A stretch of DNA of 64,000 bases from Octopus bimaculoides (lineage: Eukaryota). The position numbers and the translations under genes were made by a program. The notes under the pieces are model-generated. The model was not told the origin of the DNA, did not search any database, and saw nothing but the letters and a program-made list of their open reading frames with translations. How positions within the stretch are numbered: position 1 is the stretch's first letter; every line of letters starts with the position of its first letter. This document shows, piece after piece, positions 38,270 through 53,789 of this stretch. Location: contig NC_068982.1 of NCBI RefSeq assembly GCF_001194135.2, forward strand, positions 11,620,676 to 11,684,675, written 5' to 3'.

Positions 38270-38877
38270 AGTATTCAAACAGAAACCATTTTGCTTAAAA
38301 AGAAAACACTTTTGCTTCCAAATAGTGATGTTTTTGCCTTTATGAATTCTTCAATCTGATTGTGTACAATGGTTTTCATGAATGTCTCCTTTGATGACTT
38401 TCTACATGGTGATGTGCGAAGTATGTGCTGTAGCTCCATCTGGCTGAAAGTATGCATTATTAATTTCTCTTTCAGTGAGTTGGCCTACAAATGGAGAGAC
38501 AATATTTGTCTTCAAAAAAATCGGTCCCACAATACGCTTTCTCAAAATTGCTATTGGGATGCAAAGGTTGCTCATGTGTCACATGTGGCTTCCTCAGTGT
38601 TCCATAACCTTATGTTTTGCGAATTTATGTGTCCCGACAGATGAAACCAAGTCTCATCAGTATGAAAACACCCATCCAGCACTTCAATGCATTTCTCGGC
38701 AACAAAGTTTTAGAACCAAAAACAACAATGAAGCCTTTTAGCATGATCCATAGTTTTCAATTCTTTACTGGCCAGCACTTTATATGGAAAGAAATTTAAT
38801 CTCTTTTCTACTGCCGTGTGAGCACTTCTGAGGTTGATTTCCGTTTTACTGCGGAGAGACTTTTTGAACACCCTGTA
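38270..38877 (-). mobile_element. Degenerate, internally deleted Tc1/mariner-superfamily transposase with one TIR
   Basis: Minus-strand TIR TACAGGGTGTTCAAAAAGTC; translated remnants KRLNFFPYKV...DHAKRLH, FHTDETWFHLSGHINSQNIRLW, RIVGPIFF and YFQPDGATAHTS (first two catalytic Asp motifs). Confidence 0.88.
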
Positions 38878-38934
38878 TAACTTCAGTAATAAATCTTGTT
38901 CCTTGACTTCTTAAAAAAAATTATCTGTTATCTC

Positions 38935-39164
38935 TAATCCTCTCTTTAGATTTAAACCAACCATATCTGGCTCAAATGTTCTATTTGTTTTATCTTCCAA
39001 TTGTCCAGATCTGGTCTTTCATACCTACTCTATAATGTCATTCTAAAAATATACAATCACATCATTGAAATCTCAAAGCTACAAGATAAGGCATAATTAA
39101 TTCAAAACAATGTGAATGAATAAGTATCAAATTGGACAGAGTAATCTGAATGTTAAGGAGTTAA
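38935..39164. mobile_element. pB-MITE, reverse orientation, diverged
   Basis: Core AATCACATCATTGAAATCTCAAAGCTAC...; ends GAATGTTAAGGAGTTAA. Confidence 0.75.
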
Positions 39165-39399
39165 TCCATTCAACCTTCAGGTTTTGATTTAAATATCACA
39201 GCTGGTTGAGTTTTAGGGCATTTGAATATGAGCTGTATGAGTGTTAATTCATGCGAGGTCACTGATGCTTCACTCTGTGTGTAACATGATACTTTATGCC
39301 TTCTGGTTCAAATGACTTGTAATAGATAACAAGGTAAAATATATTGTAAGCAGAACTATTTTGTATATAACTAATGGGTTGTTTGTGGGCTCAGAAGTG

Positions 39400-39792
39400 T
39401 CATTCATGCTTGTTAACTTTAAGATAAGTACAGTAAAAGTGTCTTTGCTCCTGCCTCTTGTTCCAGGTGCTGAGAAAACTTGCTATGTAGATTTCCACAA
39501 CCTGGTTCAATTCTTGAGTTTTAATAGAAATACCCATACCATTGCCCTGTTTTCACATATGGTATCACCATGGCACTAAATTTAGGAAGCTTGTTTCTGA
39601 CACTGAAGCTGCTGGAAATAACAGCCAAAATCTCCAAATTACATCCTACTGTCCTACAAAATGAATTTATTGGTTCTCTAGCTATAGATATATTATGTCT
39701 TGGTGACAATGAAGTTAGTCTCTATTGGAACATCTTTCTCTATAGATCTGCTAGATTACAGTTGACTTGGAGTTACACAACAACAACAACTA
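39400..39792 (+). mobile_element. Possible degenerate CR1/L2-like LINE 3' end with (CAA)n tail
   Basis: PCFHIW-like remnant and terminal CAACAACAAC; weak evidence. Confidence 0.3.
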
Positions 39793-39816
39793 AAACAATC
39801 TTGACATGGTTTAGAG

Positions 39817-40071
39817 CAGTGGTTCTCAACTGGGGTCTGCATGGCCCTGGGGGGTTCGTATCAGATTTCGTTATTAAAATTTACATGCAATAAATTGTTT
39901 ATACTTGTACAATACACAAAATATTTTAATTTTTTTTATACAATTCTAATTAATATTTAATAATGAAAATACAATAAAAGCTTTTTATATACAGTATATG
40001 TCTATGGAGGTCCAGTATAGCAAAATAGGATCCAAAGGGGTCCATTGGCAAGAAATGGTTGCAAAACATTG
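39817..40071. mobile_element. hAT-MITE, opposite orientation to the 13151 copy
   Basis: CAGTGGTTCTCAAC ... GGGGTCCATTGGCAAGAAATGGTTGCAAAACATTG. Confidence 0.75.
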
Positions 40072-41633
40072 GGTTTAAGGATAAATTATTTAAGAAGTTT
40101 TAAACACAGTTCTAGGTATTAGAATGAGGTATTAGAATTCTTTCTAGTATTAAAAAGAATTTCAGTATTGTCTTTCTATATAATGCTTATATTTTCCTTT
40201 TGTTGTTATGTCCTAATATTTAATGAAAATTCCAACTGTAAAATTGTTCCCAAGCCAAAAGTATATCAAATTTTACTTATTGTCAAATTTGTTTCATGTT
40301 TGATATTAAAGACAGTTTTCATTTCCATCTTGAACACTGAAGATTTTCATTTAAATTTATTAAAGCATATATATATATATATATATATGAACATTTAAAA
40401 ATGATAGCAACACCAGCTTAATATTTTTAATATAATATCTGTGCCTTTTTCAAAGAATTTCTTTCTATTCACCCCAATTATTGTAATTGATTGATGTTTT
40501 CTTTGACTTGAAAGTATGGGATTGGTCAGAAATTAGGTGTAAATTTATTTTCTCTGAATACAGCTTGAAATTCCTGAATGCAGGATACTACTTTTGACAC
40601 ACATTAACTGCCAGATAAGTTGAGGCAGACATTCATGTTTACAGAATGAATTAAGAATATAAATTCTTTTAACATTTCATGAAAACATTATTGAAAATTT
40701 CCCTGTTATGCTATTGCAGTTTATTCATTACAAATGTACATGTCTGTTCATATACAGCCTCATTTTGTTTTGAAAATTTTATTTAACTTCATATAAGCTG
40801 TATCATGTTAAAGGCTTCTTTTTATATATATACCTTGCCAGGGTTGAAAAAAAAAGCTATAAATTAAATATTTTATGTTATATTTAGTTGATATTCTTTA
40901 ATTTCTAATAATTCAACTAGGTAAAGCAGGGAGGAATGACTTTACCAGTCACTAGAAACACAAATAATAAATAAAGCAGCATATCTACCTTTTTTTATTA
41001 TGAGTCATACAGAGAAGTCAATGCATAAATTGTCATTGTTGTTGTTGTTTGAATAGTAATGGATCTGTTTTCTTTTTTGTTCAATTTTTTCCTTTATGTT
41101 GTTACTCAATAATCATAATAATTTTTATAAACCACTAAGTCAAGTAGAGAAAGCAAAAAAAAAAAAAAGCAAAAAAAAAAACCCCAACAAGGAAAATATT
41201 AAAGTTTGGAATGTGCTGTTTATAGAATATATATACACACACACACATATTTATTACATACACATAAAATGTATTATAAAATGGTGTATCTGAAAAGTAA
41301 GATAAAATGAACCAAACCACCTAAAGTAGACAAACAAATAACCTCACATGAAAGATAAAGCACTTGGAGACCATAAAAATCCTTTCTGCTCAAGGCAAAG
41401 TATCCATTAATGATATCAGCCAATCAGTGAAATTAGAAGGCTGATGTTAGATAAAGCTTACTATTCATATCCGCCTGTTTAAAAAAAAAAAAAGAGAAAA
41501 ATTACCAAGGACTGGTCTTTTCTTTCTGTCCTTCTCTGTTCTAATTGATATTTAATAAATGGATAAGGGTTTTCACTGGAGTCTGTAAAATCTGACCACA
41601 GTTCCTTCAACTTTATTACACATAGATATATAC

Positions 41634-41855
41634 CATCATCATCATTTAACGTCCATTTTTCCATGCTGGCATGGATTAGATGGTTTGACAGGAGTTGGCA
41701 TGGCCAAGGATTACACCAGGTTCCATAGTCTGTTATGGTTTGGTTTCTACTGCTGGGTGCCTTTCCTAACACCAACCATTTTACAGAGTGTTCTGGGTGC
41801 TTTTTATGTGGCACCACCACCAATGCTTTCTACATGGCACCAGCACCAGTGCTTT
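41634..41855 (-). mobile_element. LINE 3' end with minisatellite (same type as 21929-22365)
   Basis: CATCATCATTTAACGTCC...GGCACCACCACC/GGCACCAGCACC units. Confidence 0.7.
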
Positions 41856-42034
41856 ACACACACACACACAAACACACACATACACGCACGCACCAGAGTA
41901 AGCACAAATGCAAAATTGATGGGGAAAATAGTACTCAAATGCCGGAGGTAGAGTAATATGCTTTATTAATAAAATTGCAAAGACATCAGAAAAATTTTGC
42001 AGCTTTATTAATAAAGTGTGCGTGTATATATGTA

Positions 42035-42075
<41 letters not shown>

Positions 42076-42584
42076 GTTTGGTTATACAAACAGAAAAATA
42101 AAACTCAAAACATGAGTATATAAATTTTTTTTTATTAGTAGTTGGCAGAAGTCACTGAGTGACTCAAGGGCCAAGAGTTTCATGTGTTGGCAATTATCAA
42201 ATTGGTTTCAGATCAAAGAGTCATAAACCTACATATTCAGTGGTAATGACTCCCCCATTTATTTATGTGTGCATAAGAATGCATGTTTCTTTAAATTTTC
42301 CTTCTTTCCTTCCTTTCTTTTTTTCTTTCTTTCTTGATTGATTGATTAATTGATTGAACAGTGTAACATGCAAGCCATTTCGAAAATATGCGTTATCCAT
42401 TCGATATAGTGTATTGTTTTTAGGATTTGTTCCAGAACAATCCAAGGAAATACTATTATCACTGGTATATAAATTCATGACCCTTTAATTTTAAACCAGT
42501 TTGATAAGTTCCCAATGCACAAAACTCTCAACTGTTGAGCTACTCTGTCTGTAACTTCTGCTGAAGCCGAGTATTAATAGACAA

Positions 42585-42751
42585 ATGGTTATACATGGCT
42601 AAGAAGCTGGCTTCCCAATCACATGGTCCTGAGTTCAGTCTCACTGTGTGACACACTTGGGCAAGTGTCTACTGTAGCCTTGGGTTGAACAAAGCCTTGT
42701 GAGTGGATTTGGTAGACGGAAACTGTAAGAAGCCCATCACATGTATATATG

Positions 42752-42797
<46 letters not shown>

Positions 42798-43271
42798 TGT
42801 GTGTGTGTGTGTGTGTTTGTGTGTTTGTCTGTGTCTGTGTGTCTGCTTTTCCCCACTCTCACTTGACAATCAATGTTGGTGTGTGTTTACATCCCCATAA
42901 GTTCTGTCTTTACGTTCTGAATTCAAATTTTGTTGAAGTTAACTTTGCTGTTCATACTTTTACAGTCAATAAATTAAGTTTCACTGAAACACTGGGGTCG
43001 ATCTAATTGACTTGTCTACTCCCCCAAAATTTCAGGCCTTGTGCCTTTAGTAGAAAGGATTATTATTGTTATTATTATTATTATTATATTGTGAAATATT
43101 ACAGCTATAGGCGCAGGAGCAGCTGTGTGGTAAGTAGCTTGCTTACCAACCACATGGTTCTGGGTTCAGTCCCACTGCGTGGCACCTTGGGCAAGTGTCT
43201 TCTACTATAGCCTCGGGCCGACCAAAGCCTTGTGAGTGGATTTGGTAGACAGAAACTGAAAAGAAGCCTGT

Positions 43272-43341
<70 letters not shown>

Positions 43342-43543
43342 TGTGTCTGTGTTTGACCCCCAACATCGCTTGACAACCAATGGTGGTGTGTTTACGTCCC
43401 TGTAACTTAGCGGTCCAGCAAATGAGACCGATAGAATAAGTACTAGGCTTACAAAGAATAAGTCCTGGGGTCGATTTGCTCGACTAAAGGAGGTGCTCCA
43501 TCATGGCCGCAGTCAAATGACTGAAACAAGTAAAAGAGTAAAA
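42585..43543 (+). mobile_element. Cluster: truncated SINE-B (42585-42898), partial SINE-D (42901-43086), full-length young SINE-B (43110-43543)
   Basis: The last copy starts GGCGCAGGAGCAGCTGTGTGGTAAG, retains many CpGs and ends (TAAAAGAG). Confidence 0.88.
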
Positions 43544-43775
43544 AAGAGCTTTATTTTGGGTATGATGGAAACTGTCAGGTGTCCACAGCCAGCAGACTAA
43601 GGTGTTACCTGTTTATTGATCATACTTCAAGAACCCTGCAGAGAACTATTACAGTTCTAAGCAGTGATGATTTTCATAGGTGTTCTATCTTTACATTTGT
43701 ACCAATCTTTTTCAGCCACATTGGTAGTTGAGTGCTCATACTTCATAGTATGCCAGTTACTACTGGTATCATATC

Positions 43776-43997
43776 TACTACTACTACTATTATTATTATT
43801 GGTCCTTTGACCCAAGTTCGTTCTTATTCCTGGTAGAATTTATGTGGATAGAAGGTTGCTTAGGTATACACAAGCTTTTCAGTAGTCTTTCAAGTGCTTA
43901 GAACCCCCCTGATAATCTTCCCTGTCCCTAAAAGGCAAACTTTCTGTAGAAGCTCTACAGGACATTCTATTCCAATCTCCTTCAACCATTTGTCTAT
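43776..43997 (-). mobile_element. 5'-truncated R4/Dong-like non-LTR element end with (AAT)n tail
   Basis: Translation KWLKEIGIECPVELLQKVCLLGTGKIIRGVLST* resembles the LQK..LLGT..I.R.VL C-terminus of RLE-type R4/Dong elements. Confidence 0.7.
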
Positions 43998-44000
43998 TGT

Positions 44001-44370
44001 TATTATCTCCGCCTTAGCGAAGGTGGAGGTATTGTTTTCAGTTATGTTTGTTTGTCCTGGGACAAGATATCTCAAGAACCGCTTGATGGATTTGGATGAA
44101 ACTTTCAGAGATGTTTGGCCTTGTGATTGGCATGAACTGATTAGATTTTGGGATTGATCTGGTACCAGAGAAGGATTCTGGATTATTTATCCTCGTTTTT
44201 TTTTTTTTATTTTTGAGAGCAGTCAGGTTCATTTTTAATATTCTCATTTGTGAGAGCAGTCAAATTTATTTCAAATATTCTCATTTTAAAAATCATCTCT
44301 GCTAATCATTGAGAAGACGTTGGTGTTGCCTTGGTAGAGGTTTGCGCTCTCTGAGTAGCTCTTGCTACTA
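44001..44370 (+). mobile_element. Helentron-associated (HINE/DINE-like) non-autonomous element
   Basis: 5' hairpin CTCCGCCTT-AGCG-AAGGTGGAG, core GATGGATTTGGATGAAACTTTCAG, 3' CCTTGGTAGAGGTTTGCGCTCTCTGAGT. Confidence 0.65.
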
Positions 44371-44402
44371 TTATCATCATCATTATTATTATTATTATCA
44401 TT

Positions 44403-45250
<848 letters not shown>

Positions 45251-46460
45251 TTAAATTCAAATTACGATGAACGTAAACAAACAAATGAAGTTTGCTTTTT
45301 AGAAGCGTTGAGATGTCTTAGAAAGTTAGAAAAGTGATTTTAAATTCTCAAACGCAGGATAATGCTAATAATATAGCCTGAACAGGATAAGCTACCCCTA
45401 TTTTGCAGAAATAATGATAATAATGATAATAATGATAATAATAATTAATAATTATTATTATTATTATCATTGTTACTATGATGATGATGATGAAATCATC
45501 AAATCAATTAATTATAACTGCTTGAAGGTAATTTTATCTCGGAATTGTTGCCAAACCTGTTCATTATAAAATATAACAAACTATATAGACACATTTAAAA
45601 GTGACATATATTTTTTCAAGACACATGGCTTCCTACAGTCTGTTCAAACATTTGTTTCATTGCTTGGAAGAAATTATATACAAAGAAATTGTACCTGCTT
45701 AGATATTCATATCTTCATGCTGACAGTACATGAATGGCAGCAATTGTTAAACATGCCTAGAAATATTTTGGTAGATGCCACCTATCAAGCCGTCTACATG
45801 TTTTACATATATTTATGCACAAATCTAGACATGTTTTAATCATATATCTCACTTTCATTTATAAAGCAACATTTGAACTATCAACAGAGATTTTCTTGGT
45901 GTATTCACAATGTGACATTCATCATGAATATTTAATAAAATGAAGATAAATTTCTAATCAGGTTTGTCTTGAGTTTCCACTGAATGAATCTTTGCAAAGC
46001 ACGTCCTTGTTCCTCAAATACTATATCAGTCTGCTGATGTCATTGAATATTTACATTTTGCAATTAGTTACTTTCAAATACTCTAAAGACCGGCTAAATA
46101 TGATGCTTTTAGGCAACAATAAATACAATTTTGGTCAACAAAGAAATTTGAATAGCTGCAGACCTTCAGTTATGCAGTGTATGTGTGTATGTGTGTTTGC
46201 AGAATGAGAGAGGGATAGAGAGAAGGAGAGAGTGAGTGCGAGAGCATCTATGTTACTGTGGTAACATGTGACAAGATGAATAACAAGATCATTTGTATAA
46301 TATTACTAACATTTTGTATGGGGAAGAGCAAGATTACCACACATCCTTGAGCCATAAAATTTGTTGAATGCTGACAGACAAACTTTATACTATGTATAAT
46401 AACATTGGCAGTTTTCACTAAAGGCAAAGCACTGGTGTTAAAGCATCAGTTTTCCTTATA

Positions 46461-46622
46461 GACGCAGGCATGGCTGTGTGGTAAGAAGCTTGCTTCCCAA
46501 CCACATGGTTCCAGGTTCAGTCCGACTATGTGGCACCTTAGGCAAGTGTCTTCTACTGTAGCCTAGGGCTGACTAAAGCCTTGTGAGTGGATCTGGTTGA
46601 CAAAAACTGAAAGAAGCCTGTT

Positions 46623-46658
<36 letters not shown>

Positions 46659-46687
46659 AATTACAGAATTATATATATATATATATT

Positions 46688-46777
<90 letters not shown>

Positions 46778-47018
46778 TATATAGCTGTGTGTGTCCTTTG
46801 TGTCTGTGTTTGTCTTCCCATCATCGCTTGACAACTAATGTTGTGTTTACGTCCCCCATTACTAGCTAACTAGTGGTCTGACAAAAAGTGACCAATAGAA
46901 TAAGTTCTAAGCTTATAGAGAATAAGTCTTGGGGTCAATTTCTTTGACTAAAACCCTTTAAGGTGGTGCTCCAGCATGGCTGCAGTTATATAATTGAAAC
47001 AAGGAAAAGAATAAAAGA
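46461..47018 (+). mobile_element. SINE-B with expanded internal (TA)n
   Basis: Head GACGCAGGCATGGCTGTGTGGTAAG; tail AAAAGAATAAAAG. Confidence 0.88.
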
Positions 47019-47021
47019 ACT

Positions 47022-47275
47022 TGTGTCTCAGAAAGGGTTACATTTATCTAACATAGCCCACGAGGAAACCTTTACAGTGTCACTCAACCTACTAGAAATA
47101 GTAGCCAAATCACCTTCAGATGCTCTCCAGTAATTTAAAAACAAAAAACATATAGGACACATTGATAGCATAGCCCATTGCATAAAAAAAAAAGAAGTGT
47201 TGGTCACAATGAGAACGCTTTTGATCATAGAACTGCTTGAACTGGGCTAACCTAGGGTTTGACAATGATGACAAT
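47022..47275 (+). mobile_element. Family E retroposon fragment (related copies on the minus strand at 49207-49392 and 61955-62035)
   Basis: Shared CTAGAAATAG.AG and CTTTTGATCA...(CAA)n-like ends among the three places. Confidence 0.55.
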
Positions 47276-47446
47276 CATACACAAAACCTTCATGATTGGA
47301 GAATCATTACATTGAGTAAGAAATTGGAAGAAAACAATGGATATGTCTTTTTGCTGAAAAAAACTGATTAAAAATTAGAAATAATGACATATTTTTTAGA
47401 CATGAATTGATTATTGACATCATGTGAGAAAATATGAATATCTTTT

Positions 47447-48390
<944 letters not shown>

Positions 48391-48992
48391 AAAACAATTA
48401 TAATGGAGCAAAAAGTTGCATGAAGAAGGAAAAAAAATGTTCAGTACACATTGTGGAATTTTCTGCTGTTTATTGTAAACTGAAAATTTAATGACCTGTT
48501 ACTCCAAATTTCATCTTCAGATGACAGTAAATTTTTGTGCAAGAACAACCGGCTTCTGTAACTTCTTTCTATGAAATAAAATGAATATAATGTAAATACA
48601 GGGTGCTGTTTGGATGCAGGTGTAGCACTACTGCATTCTTGTATTTTGCATATGAGCGTTTTTATTTGTAGTTAATACATTTTCCCTTTGTTGTTAAAGT
48701 GCATATGAACATAAAAAAAAAAGAAAAAAAATCTTATCTGATAAAAAAAATATATATGTAATACTATATATAATTTTATTATATGTATGTTTTCGTAAGA
48801 TAAAGGAAGACATTATATTCTTTCTTTCTTTTTTTTTTAATGTTCAGATGCACTTTAACTATAAAGTAAATTGTAATATATACTCAAACACACATGTACG
48901 AAATACCAGAATATGATGTTCCCCTCAGCGTCTAGCACTATGTTCAAACAATTTCACATTTTTTTTTAAAGGTAGAAGCTATCACACACACG

Positions 48993-49025
<33 letters not shown>

Positions 49026-49128
49026 GTTGTACTTGCTCCAATATTCATTGCTGTCTGAAGACTGGAAACATGAAACTTGAATGACAGTTTTCAGTTCACA
49101 TNNNNNNNNNNNNNNNNNNNNNNNNNNN

Positions 49129-49190
<62 letters not shown>

Positions 49191-51034
49191 GTCTACATAA
49201 AATCTCCATGTTGTTGTTTGACCTCAGGTTATCCTTGTTCAAGCTGACTAGGTGACCGAAGGTATTTTTTTCTTTTCCAAGCAGAGTGAGCCCTGAAATC
49301 TGTTACCCAATGTGCCCTTTGTATTGATATTGTAATGTGGTTTTAGGGAGATGCAACTGCTATTTCTAGCAAGTCAGCATGTAGTGACTCCTTACTAGAG
49401 ATAGTGTTGGAGTTAATGTACCATTATCCAATTACAGATTTTTGTTTTTAATTTAAATTCTAATTTTCGTCCTTTTTACAAATAATTTCAGAACCAAACT
49501 TCTCATTAGAGTATCTTTTCGTAGATTGCAGTCTAAATTTTCCAGTAATTAAGATTTGAAGATATTCAGTGTGTGTTTCTATTCATTTCTTTTATTACCA
49601 TTATTAATATTATTTTGTTTGAGCAAGTGAACAAGAGAGAAGCAAAAGAAAGAAAACTTTGAACTATCGAATTATAAGCCATACAAGATTACTTTCATCA
49701 CAGTTAATGTAAATTTTCTTGTAGAAAAGTTAAATAAACTAAATGAAATCACTAGAAAACTTTAATTTATATATAAGATTGACTTTGATTATGTCTTGAC
49801 TAACAGACATTTAAGGATTTCACTAGCTATATATAAAATAGATAAGAAAACATTTTTCTTCTTCTAATGGTAAATCAATTACTTTCCTCAACTTGGAATA
49901 TCCATTCTTACAGAGCAAATTTTTCTAAATTTTCTCTAAGAGCAGAAAGGTTACTAAATAAGAAGAATGTGAGTATATTCGGTTAGTCAATAGAATGGCT
50001 CTTGAGAACTATTTTACTAAATGCTGCTAAGTAAATATTGCATTGATGGGTTTCTTCTAAATGTTTCCATTCTTGGACTTTGAAATCTCTTGATGTTTAC
50101 AAAATATCTGCAGTCATCACCAGATTCTTGGAAGCCATCATTTTCATGTTACGTACAAGTATTTTTTCTATCTAATCTTGAAAGAACCTTACAGTCATTG
50201 TAGTTTTTTTTTCCTTCAAGATACATCTACATCACACCCCTTACCTCATCTTTTTTTATTGTGTTCAATTCCTGTGCTATTCTGGGCTTTCAAAAGGTTG
50301 ATAAATTACTAAGAAATCTGTTTGGATGTTTTAAAACTGTATGACAAATATGTACAGGGGAAAAGTGTTTTGGCGGCAACACTAAACACTGGAAGATATG
50401 TGGAAAGAAATTTACTGGACTGGATTTCTGATATTTTACTCGTGAGATTCTTATAAACGTTCTAATATAGAGACAAATATATTTTTCTTGAATATCATGG
50501 TTATGGCATCCAAATCAAATACATAAGATGCAAGAAAATATATGAAAATATTTCTAATGGAAATAAGAGTTGATTCTTAAATCCAGACGGGGAAAACGAG
50601 ACTGAACCTTATAAACAAATGACCTATTCCACTTTTATGGTTCAGATTCACTGCAATAAACTGGCCCTTAGATAATCTGTTTTGAAGGAATATAAGGTTT
50701 CTGAAATTCAACTAGAGGGAAGAAGAAAAATTGAGAGAGAAATTATTTTGATATGACAAGAAATTTGTATGGTTTGCATGACCGAAGAAAAGAATCTATA
50801 TTCGGTAAGAAACAGAGCAAGAATTATGAGAAAACTAAATATAAAGTCTTTGAGCTTCAACATTGACAGCAAGTGCACTGAGAAAGTGACATAGCATGCA
50901 GAAAAGGAATACTTAATCAACACCTGAAATTCTACTGGGGTGGGGGTGGGGGAAAGAAATCCTTTCATGGTGGACTTTTTCTAAGCATCAATGAAGCTGA
51001 TTTAAATAAGACAGAAGTATGTCAGTTGTTGGAC

Positions 51035-51577
51035 CAGTGGTTCTCAACCATTTCTTTTAACTATGGACCCCTTTGATTAATATTTTATTCTGGTAGACCT
51101 ACATAACCATTTGATGTTTAAAAACTAGTTTTATAGATACTTCTTTCAAAATTCCTGCTTTGTTTTTCCCACATTCACTTTATTCTTTTAATCTTTTACT
51201 TGTTTCAATCGTTTGACTGTGGCCATGCTGGAGCACCGCCTTTTAGTCAAAGAAATCGACCCAGGACTTATTCTTTGTAAGCTTAGTATTTATTCTATCA
51301 GTCTCTTTTGCTGAACCATTTACGTGTACGTAAACACACCCAAAATTGGTTATCAAGCGATGTTGGGGGGACAAACACAGACACACAAATACATATATAT
51401 ATATATAATATATATACAAAAGGCTTCTTTCAGTTTCCATCTACCAAATCCACTCACAAGGCTTTGGTCAGCCCGAAGCTATGGAAGATACTTGCCCAAG
51501 GTGCCACGCAGTGGGACTGGACCCAGAACCATGTGGTTAGGAAGCAAGCTTCTTACCATACAGCCACACCCGCACCT
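51035..51577. mobile_element. hAT-MITE 5' fragment (51035-51125) followed by full-length SINE-B (-, 51181-51577)
   Basis: CAGTGGTTCTCAACC...ATGGACCCCTTT; SINE-B tail and head both recognisable. Confidence 0.82.
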
Positions 51578-53444
51578 ATCGCCAAACTTGGTTAAAATAA
51601 TTTGTTTTGGAAACATAAAACCTGTATTATATTTGAAGTGAGATTAGAAGTTAATTGATGAATTTTTAAAAATCACGTGTCTTATGTGTGCATGCACACA
51701 TGCATGTGCGCATATCTGTACATATGCAGGCTGTTTTAATTTCAGGACTGTATCCTTTACATCCCTGGAATCATTATCCATCTTTAGATTTTAAACATTT
51801 AATTTATATCTAATACTATTATTATATAGCACATCAATTTACAACCAATAGTTCAATCCTAATATATTAGTACATCATACAGAATGTAAATCATATAGAT
51901 GCATTCTGTGTGCATGTGTGTATTTTATAAATTAATCTTTGAATATTAAAAAAGAAAAAAATATTTCTAATTTGTGATTTAATTAGAGTTGTGTCGATTC
52001 TGCTGACTGTTTTCAAGCTAACTCTTCTAGCCAAATAAAATTACCACGTATATTTACTTGGCATAATTAGTTTTCTAAATTTAAATACATTTGGATACTC
52101 ACTGATTAGTAACTGATACTCTGCATCTAACATTTAACTTAATGTCTTGGACTAATTGCATTTAATTTGCAAACTGAAAATAAATTCTTTATGTTACTCA
52201 AACTCTTCAGTTAGGAAATATAAAGTGATATTTTTAACATAGCTGCAAGCGTTTTCTACATAAAAATCTTTTTTATCTCTGACTACAACTGTCTACTTAT
52301 GACCTTATTCAGTTGTCACACTGATCATTGACCTACTCTTCTCTTCTATCTTAATTTCCTTCTCTCTTTCCTATTATACCTACATTACTGTCATATTTCA
52401 TACCATTATTCCACTTCTTCTAAAATACATTTTCTATCAACAGATTTAATTCTTTATCTCTCCCAACTCAAGTTCTTTTCAATTTATTTTTCCTTTAAAA
52501 TTTTAAATTACAATATATTTTATTGTGCCCATTTCTTTTCAGAAAACTAGTTGAGGTGTGGTGTATATAGTAAAGTGGAGTGACATTTTATGAAATATTA
52601 GGATAGGATGTGACTCTAAAATATTATATGAACGTAGAAAAAGAAAAAAAATTTTTTAAATCCAACCTCAAAGTTACTGTCAAATAGAATTGTTTAAAGC
52701 AAAATTGATTTTGGTAAGGTATGATTAGGATCTATCTAATGCAATTTTTTTCCGCTTCTTATAAAGCATTTTTTTTCAATTATAACTTCATATTTATGGT
52801 CTCTCTCTCTCTTTGATGCTTGGTTCTAAATGAGAAAAAATATCAGTGTCCTAATGTATAATGATGTTTATAGAAATATTGATAAAATAAATTAGGTGTA
52901 AGTTGACATATATTTTGCATTCATTTGTGGCCCAGAACAGGTATACATTTCAGATGGTAATAGACATTTTAATTGCATAAAAATGCCACTAGAGGAAATA
53001 ACTATAAGAGTTGATGATTTACTTGCCATAACTTACAGGCAGAAGAATATGTACTGCCAAAGCTAAAAATAAGAAATTTATTGCTTGTATGTATATGCAC
53101 ACACATTCACGTGTATATATATATATTTATATATATTTATAAATGATACATGATAAGATGAACTTACAGGATTTATGTGTCATAATGATGGCAATACATT
53201 AAGTTGAAAATTGGGTTATTTATATGAAATCAACTTCTATCAAATTGGTTGATAAGTTTAAATAATAGTAAAAGCTCATATAGGCACAAATAAAACTATA
53301 AATTAGAGAGGGGGGAGGGTATAGGAATTTGTGTCAGTTCCGCTACATCACATATACTTATGCTGTAGAGTTGTAAGGCAAAAATCAATCTTGAGGAGAT
53401 TTGAACTGATAAAATACAGCATGGTATTTTATCTGACACTACAT

Positions 53445-53663
53445 TTAACACTTTAGCATTCTCTCAAATGTAATGCTTATTTATTCACAACGTTTTGAAT
53501 TAATCATGCACTATCTCATTGCTTTGAGGTTTTGATGATGTGATTGTTTATTTTTCAAATAATGCAGTAGGGTAGGTACGAGAAGCCAGATTTGGCCTGT
53601 TTGAGCATAAAACAAGTGGAATATTTGGACCAGATATGGTCAGTTTAAATGGTAAAGTGTTAA
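53445..53663. mobile_element. pB-MITE
   Basis: TTAA-CACTTTAGCATT ... AATGGTAAAGTG-TTAA. Confidence 0.82.
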
Positions 53664-53789
53664 TGCTTTTTAAAATAGGAGATGATAATGATGATGAGAA
53701 CTGAGGTTTGGAATATCCTTGATAAAAATAGTTTCACATTAATTTGAAATGTGTAAGATACAATGAATTTAGAAAATATGAAAAACATA

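Noticed and set aside
50300-50700. Short open frame DVLKLYDKYVQGKSVLAATLNTGRYVERNLLDWISDILL
   Set aside because: Bounded by stops with no supporting splice sites; family not recognised.
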